Shown: piece by piece, positions 25,380 to 38,656 of the stretch
How positions within the stretch are numbered: position 1 is the first letter of the stretch
Layout: each line of letters begins with the position of its first letter
From: Eledone cirrhosa
Lineage: Eukaryota
Length of the DNA: 64,000 nucleotides
Reading direction: 5' to 3'
NCBI GenBank assembly: GCA_964016885.1
Contig: OZ024742.1
Location: 210,428,001-210,492,000, forward strand
Position numbers and translations under genes: made by a program
Notes under the pieces: generated by a model
What the model saw: the letters and a program-made list of their open reading frames with translations, nothing else
Database searches by the model: none
Told to the model about the DNA's origin: nothing

Positions 25380-26950
25380 AGTTCAAATTAGAACCACAAT
25401 GGAATACTGTTCTCATATCTAGGATGGTGCTACTACTATTCAAACATCCAATCTCTTTGGAAACACACGACACTATAGCGTGCCCTATTCCTCAAAAGGA
25501 CAACTTCCTTGTCCTTACCAATTATCATCCTATCACAATCACACTCAATATTTCAAAGGTGATAGAGACAGCTATTAACAACATTCTTCATTAGGCTGAA
25601 TATATATCTCTCCTTAACCCTTTAGCAATTAAACCAACAGTATCTGGCCAGAATTCTTTCACCTCTTTCTGTTGAAACTGGCTGTAATCAGCCGCTCATA
25701 CTGATGTTAAGGTATTGTTCTCAAAATAAATAATATCAAAATCTCATAAATTTGATATTATGTGAGGTAAAGCCTTTTCTGTGAATATATAATAGTAAAT
25801 ATAGAGTGATGTAAATGCTAAAGTGTTAATCACGACTATTCATCAACAGTCTCATTCACAGTAATCAGAACCCCAAGACTTGCTTCCCCTTCTCTTTAGC
25901 CAGCTTCATTGCTGTGTCTGGCATGCAAATCTGCCCATCTTTGAGCACCACATGTTTCTTAGATTGGTAATTTCCTGTTATGTTACACCATCTACTGATG
26001 GAGTTTTCAATTCTATGGAGTACCCCAAGGTTTGGTTTGTCCCTCACACTCTTCTTCCTATACATCAACCTAATTATAACAATGCCCACATCTACACAAA
26101 TGATATCACCCTTCATTCCTCCCTAAGGAGTTTGTACTAATTGTCATTGACATCTAATTTGGGAGCCTCTTCATGTTGTTTGATCTGCTAGAAATAGCAG
26201 TCGAATTCCCTCCCAATCTCACCCTTTTGTCTTAAAAAAGTAGACACTTTACATAATGCAATTCTAAATATACAAGATGTGATAGTCATGATTGGAATGC
26301 CTTTAATCAAAGGTCTGCTTGAGCAGGGTTGACTTGGGATCAGACAACAATGCCACATGCCAAACTTGCAGCTACTTCACCAATATGATCATAACCATCA
26401 TCTTCAACACACTGAAGACAAAATCACTACAAACACCAATACTCCATCCTCCAGCTTAAATAACATGCAACTAAAACTATCAAGATCACTACAAATACTA
26501 GGCCTAATCATCACTAAGTATCTCACCAGTGAATACACATTCTCAATATAACCGAAACTGCATCACAATTCAGTCCCTAACAACTACTAACTCTCTACAA
26601 AGTCCAGGTGAAATGGAATACTGCTCCATAGTGCTGCTACTACACAGGTAAATATCCAAAGAAAGGCTACTGATGGGTATGAAGTCATTCATTGACATAC
26701 TCCTTGTTTTGTTTTGTTTTCTTTCTTTTACTGATATTATAGTAACCTATGCTCCTCTAAGCTAGCTGTTCTCAGACACTCCCAAATCATTCACCACTCT
26801 TAATGTGTCTCTTTCCCAGGCTCTGCATTAGCCCATTAACCACTATGATGAGTCCTCCTTCCTCAGACGGTCTACTATAATTCCCTTCCTACAATCATTG
26901 ATTTGTAACTCTTTAAGAGGAACGTTAACACTGTCGATCTCACCAGTGTC
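25380..26950 (+). mobile_element. CR1/L2-like LINE remnant, interrupted by a MITE
   Basis: Decayed QIR..MEYCSHI, PIP.K....TNY.PI and HIY.NDITLH (YADD-like) codons; boundaries approximate. Confidence 0.6.
25618..25825. mobile_element. piggyBac-like MITE (same family)
   Basis: TTAA flanks, CCCTTTAGCA-type TIR, internal sequence similar to the 11106 copy. Confidence 0.8.
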
Positions 26951-26993
26951 TGAGAGCCAGTGAAGGCAGTTGGCATAGCTCCTTTCACTACAT

Positions 26994-27299
26994 CAGTGGT
27001 TCCCAACCTTTTGTGCACCATGCCCCACCTCAACAACTAAAAAATTGTTATGTCCCCCTTTGACATGACAACAGCAATGATCAACTGCAACAAATTGGTG
27101 TATAAGTGATGCCAAATGCACAATATAATATGGAGGAAGTGAGAGGAGTTTCTGACAGTAATGTACACCAAAGTTGCCTTGGTGTAAAAGTAATAAAGTA
27201 AAACCTGAGGTTTGTTCTCATTAACATCATTTTCAAATGGCCCCTTAAATATTCAAATTTCCCCCTTGTAGGGTGTGCGCCCCACGTTAGAAATCACTG
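26994..27299. mobile_element. hAT (Charlie-like) MITE
   Basis: CAGTGGTTCCCAAC...GTTAGAAATCACTG TIRs; 8-bp TSD CACTACAT/CTCTACAT. Confidence 0.8.
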
Positions 27300-28763
27300 C
27301 TCTACATCAACCCAATAAAATTCCTCACCCAAACAATGACCACCTTATTGATTAACATGATGACATCTGTTCCTCACAACTGGTTGATCTCGTGTCACTT
27401 TTACTCAGAACTACCCAATTCACACATCAGCCATATTGTGTTCAGCCACCTGGTTCTACTCTCCACTTTGATCACTTTTTCCAGTATCCCCCTCTCTATG
27501 GCAATACTCAGGAATCCCTTCCTTGCACAAGCACCCCACCCTCTGTAGTTAATTGTTCAAGAACATCAACTCCGTCGATGCTGTTGGTTACGAAAGGAAT
27601 GCGAAGGCCATAGACACAGGTCTTTCCTCCAGACTAAACCATAAAAAAGATCTTCAGAGTAGTGAGATTGATAGAGAGTAAGTAATTATATTGATTGACA
27701 GATGTACAAAATGAATACTGAACTTCCACTCAATATTGAAAAGTATTTTGTCTAGATAGAGTCGAAAAATATTAGTAGATTCTTGTGAGACGATCAACTG
27801 GCCTTGAGGATCTGAATTTATAGGTGTGTTTAACGAGATATAGTCAAATACGAATGATTAAACATTGAACTGGTCACCATGCTTTCAAGTCGTTTATTTT
27901 AAAAAAATATATGTAATGCCGATATGATATTTACGCAACTGGAATTAGTAATCTGTCGATCAGATACGGATTGTATTCAATCCTCTAACAATGCGACTAT
28001 TATTTTCAACGTGTAAAGCCAAGCTCAATTTCCAAACTGGAATCTTAGCAAATGTCAGTCTGAGTGAGAACTTGATTAGTATAAATAGGTAACAAAGCAA
28101 AGCAAATTAAATTAAATGGAAGCCATGAGACATAGTCGAATTTCTCCAAAATAATATATGTTTTTCTAAGCTGAACCAAATTGTATTTATAAGTTTAAAG
28201 AGTTAGGTTTTAACGGAGTTATTTACTCAAGGAAGTTTTCCGTAAAACGATATCGGTCGGAATATAAACAAACAGTAACCGGTTGTAGACAACGTTCAGT
28301 TATAATTTGTATACGTAACAGATATATAGCTCTCAAATTAAGGCATCGATATGATTAAGACGATGAAATCAATCAACCATCTCCTTTTCATTCATTTTGT
28401 AACAAGATTATCATAAAGTCTACCTAAATATTTTTCTGGGGTTAAAACAACAGCAGCAATAACATTCACAACGAACTGTTCCAAGAAACACGTGTTTTAA
28501 TAGAGGAATCATTTGCAACTATTTGTACTATCGGATAACATATAACATACGGTTTAGTTGAAATAAAATCATTAACACCTTAGCGTTTAGTTAGTTTCGT
28601 GAAGGAAATAGGAAAGAAAACATGAACTATTTTGTCATCTAATTAATACAAGCAGAGTCAAAAGAGAAATAAAACCAACAATAGAAACTTTGCAGTGTAT
28701 TTTTTCCGGAGCAAAATTATTTGGCATTTTTATATAATCAGTTAAAGAACATAATTCGCTTAC

Positions 28764-28831
28764 TTTTTACTTGCTTGATGTTCTTGATTTAAAGTCTCAA
28801 TTTCTAAGAGAGCGGATTGCATGTCCGCCAT
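28764..28831 (-). CDS. PRPF4B: PRP4 kinase (PRPF4B) coding exon 1 (MADMQSALLEIETLNQEHQASK)
   Basis: ATG at 28831, donor AA|GTAAGC; 68 nt ending in phase 2 joins exon 2 in frame (AA+G=K); surrounding region is CpG-richer than the bulk. Confidence 0.7.
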
Positions 28832-31800
28832 TGCACCGATACTGTATATGATATGGAGCCGAGCAATATTATCATATAAACAGATTAACTTTATAATGAT
28901 GCCATATCAAGATGCATTACTGATTAAAAAGATAAAATAAAATTAATTTTCTTCAATGGAACATTCAGTATTTTTATAACCTATGATAATGTTCGAAACT
29001 AAGGAAATTAGTACAACACACACATTGTATGTGAATTGTCAGGTTCGATTTTCGAGATTTCAGCTATGTCCTTCAGAAAAATATATCTTCTTATTAGAAG
29101 CTCCAATTTATTATTTTGGATCAAACTTGATGAACTAACATTAATTCGGCTTAGTTCTATTTTAAGGTCCAATTAAAGTGAAAGTAAAATTCCCATATGG
29201 GAGATCAAAAGTCATAACGTACTATGGAAATAACGAAATGTGCGTATTTTGTTTATAAACTCTTTCATTCCTCCAAATCTATTAATACTTTCCTGCATTA
29301 ATGAATCTAATATCTTCAGTTGAAGAGTTTCCCTAACTAAAATGTCCATTATATCTAACAATAGAGAAGCATTCTCTATTTTAAATAAAATTTTACTTTG
29401 TTTTAATTACAAATTTAGCCATTTTTATTGTAGCTCACATATGTTGGGTCTCCGACGACGAGTGTTCCCGCTAATTCAACGAACGGAACCTCTTGCTCGT
29501 AAAATTAATGTGTAAGGGCTAAGTATTCCACAAACACGCGCATCCTTAACATAGATCTTAGAGATATTCAGTGTGCCACAATATGTAGTAAGGCTGCCCT
29601 CCTGAATTACAACTCTTTTTTGAGCAGACTGAAGCAATATGAAATAAAGTGTCTTGCTCAAGAACACAACGCGCCGCCCGATCGGGGAATCGAACTCATG
29701 GCCATACGATCGTTAGCCCAGCACCGTGACCAGTACGTCACGCGCTCAATACATACAGATAGACAGAAACGTCTTTCGTTCCGTTTGAGTTTACGTTTCA
29801 TTTTTCGATTTCTCACATAGAAATTTCTCTATTGAAACATTTAAAAAGTAGTTTAACGTTAATTGTATTTAGCGAAGAATTTCTAAATAGCTTTACTTGA
29901 ATTATCTAAATCTGTTTTATGTAAATATTTGGTTTGTAATTTAAACAATAAAAAACATTTAAAATTAACTTAAAATATATCAATTGCCTTTTAATTGTGA
30001 TATATCACATTGTTTTACTATGAGATTATTAAACCTTAAATATATTTAAGAAGACAAAAGTAAGTAGAGATAGATTTGGATCCCAGGACGCCTGTTGATT
30101 CCACCGCTTTGGGCTTGACAAGAAACTTTGAGAGCAGCTTGTACTTTGTCAGATTCTCGACCACAGCCAGTCAAACAATAAACCATGGATCTGACTGATT
30201 CCATTGGGTTGTCAATCGATAAATCATTGATGCAGGTCACAACCTAGATTATGAGCTTACTGCCTTGGAACAAAAATATTGTGGTGTCATTTGATCTTTT
30301 CTCGTCTCCTTGATCTAACACCACAGGTTCCAGTTACGTTCAAGCCACATTTAACAATATCGTTGAGAATAGCATGTCCTGGAAAATGGCCGGCAGTGAG
30401 TGATGTATGAAACATCCAGTTTGACAAAGCCAGATAGCAACAAGCCATATTCCTAGCTAGAGGCAAACTGACCATACAGGTATTTGGGCAATAAGCGTTG
30501 GCCTAGTGGGCTCAGGAAAAAAAGTGTGATGCCCAGTACTGTAGACATGTAACTGGATTATGTCCCATATGTGTTGAACTGGTGTGATATTCGCAGGGTG
30601 AAGGCCGGATTAACCCCAAATCAGTCATGTCTGAGCAGACCTATGATAAAATGTATTTCAGCTGACTTCTGTTCTCTTGGATATTCCAAATTTATAACTA
30701 CATCATGTACGTACCACTTTTTAAAAGATGGCAGGGTGTAATTTCCAATGGAGATTCAACTCTTTTTAATGGGTCTTGTGATCATGTTACTAAAAATAAA
30801 TTTTTTTAGTTATCTAAATCTATATTTTAAGCTTCCAGACAATTATCAGACACCCTATGGGATTTTTTTCTTCTTTACAATTAGAACAATATAGTAAAAA
30901 TACTATAATGATCAAACAGGTTGGTTGGCAGAACAGTAAAAACATTCTTTTACTCCTCTTTATGTTCTTTGTTCAAATCATATTAAGGTTGACTTTACTT
31001 TTCACTCTTCTGACATCAATAAAATGAAGTAATAGTCAAGTATTATATTCCTATAAAGCAGCCTAAGTGTACTTGGGATTATAATAGAAGAGGTAGATTG
31101 ATAGAGAGGAAATGAGAAAGAGTTATAGAGGAAGAATTGACCCCAGTACTAGACTTTGAAAAAAATGAAATACAATGTTGACCGTGGCAGGTTTTGAACT
31201 CAGAGGGCAGAGAGCTGGAACAAATACTGCAAAGGATTCTACTTGGTGTTGTAACATCTCTGCCAATTAACCATTAGCAGGCCTTAAAACCAGATGAAAA
31301 CTCATAAGTTAGTCAAAGGATCTTCAAAATCTTGACAAGATTTTTCTGCCAAATGTTTTTGTGTAATGGATTATTTTTTCAACATGCAAATGTTTGATAT
31401 AAAAGAATCATGCTTTCACAAATGTATTTACCATTTGGTTTAGCATTCATTAATACTTTTTGATTTATTGTATATGTCCATTCCTATATAGTAATGTAGG
31501 AAAATTAACCTTATGTTGAGTAAATAAAAAGAGATTGTTATTCTTTGCTTGTTATTTAATAAACAGTGATTTAAACCATCTGAATTCGCTCTTCCGATTT
31601 ATCTCTCTTGTACACATTTCACAATCATCATCACCATCACTGTTTGATGTCTATTTTCCATGCTTGCATGGGTTAGATGAGTTCTCATGGGTTAGACATG
31701 TTGTCATGGGTTACACAGATTATCACAGGATACATGGGTTGTCACAAGTTAGATAGGTTGCTTCAAATCACTTTGCCTTGATTTGAACTCCCTGTTACAA

Positions 31801-32294
31801 ATTAGTAGCGAGCACTCAATTTATTGCTACAAAATATTTGATGGTAACTTAATTATTGTTTTTAAGTGGAAGGCGTCTCTCTGAGTACTTAACCTCACAA
31901 TCTTATTTTTTTAATGTATACATCACACAACTATAAAGTATTGTATACAGAATACCCAGAGAAAAATAACTTTTCTGACCCAGCTAGCTACCAACATATG
32001 CTTTCGCTTCCCACATCTTAATAACAAACACCATTAAGCATAATTTTGAGCCAAGAAAAACGACAGTTTAGGGATTGAGGATACAAGAAGTCTTGATGGC
32101 AACCAACATCATCAGTAAGTGATCATTCAAGTCCCAGTATTTAGCAACAAGAGACTGGTACAGTCCAAACTCATTGACTTCGACTTGACAATGGCATTTG
32201 TGTGGCTCACACATGTGGAGGCCAAAGTACTGGCCCATTCTAATGTGGGTGTACTCTTTATCAAGAAAGGTACTAGTTGATAAGTAGGGCAATC

Positions 32295-33919
32295 AATTGA
32301 TCCACATGGATGTTATCCAACCACCTTGCTCGGGTCTACCTCTGGATCTCTTGCCAGTTGGTTTTATCTGTAAAATCTGTCCAGCGATTCTTTCCTGAGA
32401 CATTCTGACCACATGTCTGAGTATCGGAGCTGTAATTCAGAGAAGTAGCAGCTCTACATGGGGTGATTCTCTGATCTCTGAGCTAAGCACTCTCTCAAGT
32501 AGCATTAATCCAAAGACTCTTTGGAAGAACCTCATTTCTGATTGTATTTACGATCATATTTATTTGGTCATTACCCAAGATTCATGACCATAGGTAATAG
32601 TTGGCAAGAATACTGAATTGAGGATAGTGAGTTTGGCTTTTAAACTACCTTCCTTCTTCTGATTAGCTGGCACATTACTGCACCAACTCCTGCAATTCTT
32701 GCATTTAATTCAGCCTCCTGCCTTCCATCACTAGTGAACACAGAACCTATCAAGTGCATGTCAGAGATCACCTGATGAGTTAAGTTATACCACGTCATCT
32801 GCAAATTCCAGGCAACTGATCTTAGACCTTCCAGTTGTGATACCACTTCTAACCCGACAGTGCATGTCAATCATGTTCATGAAAATAATGAACAGGAGAG
32901 ATGACAGTATGTACCCTTGGTGGAGTCTAACTCCCACATTGAATGGTTTCGATTTAATACCATTTATCTGAGCACAAATATTCAGGTATTCGTACAGAGA
33001 CATCAGGACAACAAAAAGCTGACCATCAATCCCACTCTTTTAAAACCTTCCACAGAAGGTCCTGTGGAATGCAGTTATATGGCTTTTTCAGATATACAAA
33101 GCAAGAACGCACCTCTTGGCAGTACTCCCACAATTTCATAAAGACTGGCTGCAATGTGAATATTTGGTCGGATGTGCTGCATCTGGGGTGAAAACCACAT
33201 TGTTCATCAGCTAACTTGGACTCATTAATCTCCCTACATTTCTTTGCCAGACACTTAGCATAGATTTTTCCAGGGAGGCTTAACAAGGAGGTCTCTCTAT
33301 AATTGGAGTGATCTCCTTTCACTCCCTTTTTGAAAATTTGGATTATCACTCCTGATTGTTTCGATCAAGAGGTCAAAGATGCTATCTAAGCAAAGAAGGA
33401 AGCCTACAAAGCTTGGCTTGGAAATATGTCCCCTTCTTATGCTTGGGGTACAAGCAGGCACAAAAAGTTACAGCAGAAACTGTAAAGGTGTCCAAAATTA
33501 AGACATGGGAGGACTTTGGGCTTACGCTGGAATCTGACATCAGATCAGCAAATAAAGTCTTCTGACAGACCATCCGCTGACTTCATAATAAGAAGTCCTC
33601 TGCCAGTTCTGCTATCAGGAACACATCTGTGATTCTCCTCTCTTTAGAGAGGTGCATCCTTGCAAGGTCAAGAGAATGCTTTGTTGATCCCCTAATCCTG
33701 ATCACAACACCATCTTCTGATGTACATGAAGTGCATATGGAAATGATGAATAATCTCTCGGAGGCTGAGCTCACCAAAGCAATTAAAGAGCTCAAATATA
33801 GCAAGGTGGGTGGAGTGAAATTCGACTCGAGATGATAAAAGCCTTAAATAGAGAAGGTATTCTTCGGCTGACTTGTGTGTGCCAGCTGGCCTGGATCTCT
33901 GGAAGGGCACTTAAGCAAT
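32295..33919 (-). mobile_element. RTE (Expander/BovB-like) LINE with inverted 5' segment
   Basis: Minus-strand RT (QSGVIIQIFKKG..NYRETSLLSLPGK..FADD..) 33358-32295; the upstream portion (DQEVKDAI..KQWQS) lies on the plus strand 33357-33926; GGCAATC direct repeat at both ends. Confidence 0.85.
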
Positions 33920-34088
33920 GGCAATCTCTTGCTTCCCCTTTTGTAAATTGGAAGCATTGTATTGTTTAATTGAAATTTGCTGAATAAATTTCATTTCGAC
34001 CATTACCTAAATTCCATTTCAATACATTCGAGACTCTCTCCTCCACCTCCCTCTGTCTCACACACACACACCTAGACATTTACATACA

Positions 34089-35279
34089 TCTCTATATATA
34101 TAAAATTCTTTGCCTCTCTGTCTATTTGTCTGTATGTCTGTCTGTTCCTATGCATTCTCAAACGGCTGGACCAAATCAAATCAAATTTTACAAGGTAATA
34201 GACCCCATGGGTCTCAACATGTAATTTTTATTTTCATTTTGATTAAAAAAATATATTTTATCTAAAATATTTTATCTAAAATATTTTATCTAAAATAGTG
34301 AACTATAGTAAACGACCACAATGACGTCACATCGTATATGAGTGTGTATGTGTCTGTGAGTGCGTGTGTGTTTGCGAGTTTGTTACATACGTTAGGCCTC
34401 AGAGAATTAAACACACACACATTTATACATACATATAGACAATTAAACACACACACACACATCTACACATACAGATACATATGTGATGGCAGACAGGCGT
34501 GCGTGAATGTATGTCTGTCTTAGTAGATGTATGTGAATGTATGTGAGAGTGTATGTGTGCGAGTGTATGTTTGATAATTGTTAATTTCATTTGGATTAAA
34601 ACAATAGAAAACAACACCACGTCACATTTTGTATATGAATATGTATGTGTCTGGTGAGTGTGTGTGCGCACGTTCATTAGGTACGTTATTAAATACACAC
34701 ACACATCTACACATACATATGGCGACTGTCAAAAAATGAGGTGAAAGCTATGCGTGTGTCTGTCTTAGTATATGTTTGTGAGAGTGTATGTGTGTGAGTG
34801 TGTAGCAACACATTGTATGTTTGATAATTGTTAATTTCATTTGGATTAAAACAATAGAAAACAACACCACGTCACATTTTGTATATGAATATGTATGTGA
34901 GTGTGTGTGCGCACGTTCATTAGGTACGTTATTAAATACACACACACATCTACACATACATATGGCGACTGTCAAAAAATGAGGCGAAATCTATGCGTGT
35001 GTCTGCGTGAATGTATGTTTGTGAGAGTGTATGTGTGTGAATGTGTAGCAACAATTTATCCATTTATAAAAAATTACACACTGAATATTGTTTACCATAA
35101 GGTGATTCAACATTGACAGATTTTCATTTCTAAATTCTATTATTACAATTTTGATATTTTTTAAAATATAGATATTTTGAAATAATTATGAGAGAAAAAA
35201 CAATATATCACATTATTTATTGTTTACTAATCTGAATAAGAACAGCAGTAACCCGGGCAACGCTGGGTTATTCAGCTAG
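34089..35279 (+). mobile_element. Non-autonomous Helitron with internal ~250-bp tandem repeats
   Basis: A|TCTCTATATATATAAAA 5' end; ACCCGGGCAACGCTGGGT hairpin-7 nt-CTAG|T 3' end; no TSD. Confidence 0.85.
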
Positions 35280-35896
35280 TACAAAATAAAATCTTACGAC
35301 AGAACAACTCTAAACTATTGGAACTACACAACACTGCTGGCTGAACAATACTAAACTAAGTCTTATCTTAATTTGTGAAAATAAAATTTACTATTTATTC
35401 TAATTAACAAAAAATGGCATGTACCAATAGCACGGACCTTTTTTTTACAAGGAACTTAGTATACTTACTTATAAGAAATTATTAATGTATTTTGTCTTTA
35501 TTTTAAAAAAAAGTTAAACAATTATTTATTTATTATTTAACGTTCAGAAATTTATAATAATTATCAGTAACTAAGTAAATGTCTTAAAATTGATTATATA
35601 TTTTTAATCAAAATTGCAATAATTACTGCACCGCTTCGAAGTATGTTCAGTTTTTATTTAACTTCATAACATCAACAATTATAAACAGTTTACAATAAAT
35701 CAGAGTTATTTTTATTCAATACAAATTATTATATCATTTTACGTGTTAGCAAGAATTTATCGTAGTTAATAAAACTGAAAAAAAAAGAGAAAGAAATTAG
35801 AAATATACAAAGATTCTAGTAAATGTTTTGAGAAAGTGTTAAATGTAGCTATGGAAGAATTAAAACTCCCGCGCTGTATTTAAACAATTGATCAAG

Positions 35897-35928
35897 ATGG
35901 AAGGAAATAGCAACGATAATACTGACAG
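35897..35928 (+). CDS. PMS2: PMS2 coding exon 1 (MEGNSNDNTDS)
   Basis: aagATGG start context, AG|GTATGT donor; short phase-2 first exon as in vertebrate PMS2; in frame with exon 2. Confidence 0.7.
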
Positions 35929-37176
35929 GTATGTGCAGCAATTAATATACTATTTTCTTGGTACATGTGTTATTACACTATACATGTGACATTCTGCATT
36001 AGGTAAAATATAAATGAAAAGAAATAAATGTTTGTCCTGTTAAATACTACGAACACTACTCCAAGTAAGATGATTTGTCATTTTGTTCTTTTCAACAACT
36101 ATTGTTTTCTTATATAACCGCAGTATTTAAGATTGTTTGCGAAATGAGGTTGGGGTGTTGTGATGTTAATGCTTTTCTATGTATGATGACACGAGGAATG
36201 AAAAAACGTATCTCGTTCCTCTGAAGGCTTAAATTCTGCCATATAATGTTCATAGTAATGAAATGAAGTCATTTTCAGGACACTTGTTATCACAGAGTTC
36301 TAACGACTTTTTGAACATCACTTGTATATCTTAGCTTTCGCTTCTTTATTACTCAGTGGTATGTGTTTGTGTGTGATGTTTTCTTTTCAAGTAAGATCGG
36401 ATGCTTGAGTTTGGACATATCTTATTATACTATACTTTCATTTGCATTCCCAACTGACTATACTATACTTTCATTTGCATTCCTAAACTTCTTTGTCTAC
36501 ATAATAAGCTTTACCAAAGAGGTACAATTTGATAAATTGGTAAAATAAAATAAATAATAAGAACGGTAATTTTTTTATTATTCTCGTCTCGCTTTGGAAA
36601 CCCAAACCTGAATCGTAACCCCCAAAAAGAAAACGGGTGTAATAATTTTTTTAATCATAAATACGAGTGAAAAACAAGTTGTTCAACCTGCAAAAGATAG
36701 CAGCTAAATATCCTTCAAACCACTCTCGAAGAGAATCACTTATTATATATGCCATAAAAGAGTGATGCACAACGTGCTGTAGGTGAATTAGTATTGGTCT
36801 ATACCTAAGTTTTGATGGTCCAGAAGTTTTGTTGCATAATGCAATTAAAAATAAATTTATATTTTGTGGTCCATGGATTTTGTTAACCACCTTTTAAAAA
36901 AGGCTGCACATCATTGTTAAAACACAGGAGGGTTATAGCTGAAAGGTCTTTAATTACAGTTCTGCTTATTCCGGACTAACATTGAGGGCTAAACAGCAAT
37001 GACGTGTGAAAATGCAACATCAGAAGGAGCACATATACACACTCATTATCCAATTGTCTTCCCCATAAAAATTCTCTATCTATTTAGTATATATATAAAT
37101 GAGTTATTTGTGATTGGTTTGACAATTCATATCGGATATTAAATAACGTAATCATTAACATGCACTGTGTTGACAG

Positions 37177-37352
37177 TTCCAGCCAAAATGACGTTGAGTT
37201 TCTGAAGAATCGAACATTTCAGAAAGACACTATCCAAGCTATTGACCGTAAATCAGTTCATCACATCTGCTCGGGGCAAGTGATTGTTAATTTGGCAACA
37301 GGTGTTAAAGAACTTGTTGAGAACAGCATAGATGCCAAGGCCACAACTGTTG
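37177..37352 (+). CDS. PMS2: PMS2 coding exon 2 ([38 protein letters not shown])
   Basis: PMS2-type IDRKSVHxICSGQV plus GHKL motif KELVENSxDA; two in-frame acceptors (start 37177 or 37183); G|GTAAGT donor. Confidence 0.93.
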
Positions 37353-37539
37353 GTAAGTATTATTTTTAAAGGTATATATATATATATATATATATCAATT
37401 TACCAAAAAAAAAAAAAAAAAAAAATCATCTTTCACTAAATTTTACACGGATGCAAAACAGTTAAATTTATTTAACATTTCCTTTTTTTTCTACAAAGTT
37501 GTTGATTGAATTAGAAACTTTATAACTCAATAGATAATT

Positions 37540-37718
37540 GTTTCTACTTTAGGCACAAGGCCAGCAATTACCCAGTGCATTACTGGTACTTTATTTTATC
37601 GACCCCGTTAGGATGAAAGGCAAAGTCAACCTCGGCGGGATTTGAACTCAGATCGTAAAGGGACGTAACTATGCTGGAAAGCATGACGTCCTACCCTCTA
37701 CCGATACTGCCAATCTAC
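37540..37718 (-). mobile_element. tRNA-derived SINE, family A (young copy)
   Basis: Nearly identical to 7901-8080. Confidence 0.85.
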
Positions 37719-38569
37719 CATTGAAATATTAACAGAGAGAGACCATAGCTTAAAACAAGCATGGGCAACCTTTTTCAAACAGTGAACCACATAGGATGTA
37801 GCTCATCATAAGGCAGGCCACACTACTAACAAATTCAAGTCAATTTTGAAATTAGGCCTACCATTCAGAATCCCAAACTGACTGCAGTTTGGCCATGACT
37901 GGCTTAAAATCTTATCATCTTTGTCCTTTTCCATCTGCTTTTAAAAGGAGGGTCATCATGATAATAACAAGGTTTTAAGCTAACCTATTTGTTGAAAATA
38001 AGTATCACTGCCACTTCATATTTTTAGTTTCAATATAAGGTGCATGACATAGGGGTGTTGGATTCACGATCGTATGTTGTGGATTTGATTCATGGAATGG
38101 GTGGCATGTTGTGTTTTTGTGCAACATGCTTCATTTCACGTTGCTTTTCATAATAAGACTGGAGCTCCTATCATTAGAACACCCCCAAAACCTCATACAA
38201 GGCGAGCTAAATATGCATAGGTGTGAGCTGTAAATCTCATTTATTATAAGGAGTTTATTATCCATGTAAAATATTTTATTTTATCAATTCATTTAAATTC
38301 CCTAAGCTATATTAATACTAAAATTAATCTATGGGATGTATATTTTTTTTAGATGATTTTATTAAAACAGTTAAGGTTGATCAGAGTTACTACTACAAAC
38401 TCTCCACAGCATTGAATCAACAACCTTAGATTATTGTATTCAATTAACAAATTTCACAACTTCTTATCTAATACTAATCCTAATTCATATATCTTTGTCA
38501 ATGTTTCTTTAAACTTTACTTTCATTATTTTTTTTCTTTTATGTATAAAAAAAAAAAAAATCTTTACAG

Positions 38570-38656
38570 AAATTAAATTGAAAGAATATGGTTCTGAATT
38601 GATTGAAGTTATTGATAATGGTTGTGGTGTTGCAGAAAGTAATTTTGAAGGCTTAA
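38570..38656 (+). CDS. PMS2: PMS2 coding exon 3 ([29 protein letters not shown])
   Basis: DNGxG ATP-binding motif; 87 nt, canonical splice sites. Confidence 0.96.

Noticed and set aside
36425-36483. Short tandem duplications (also 17636-17686, 34250-34297)
   Set aside because: Ordinary slippage duplications with no further structure.
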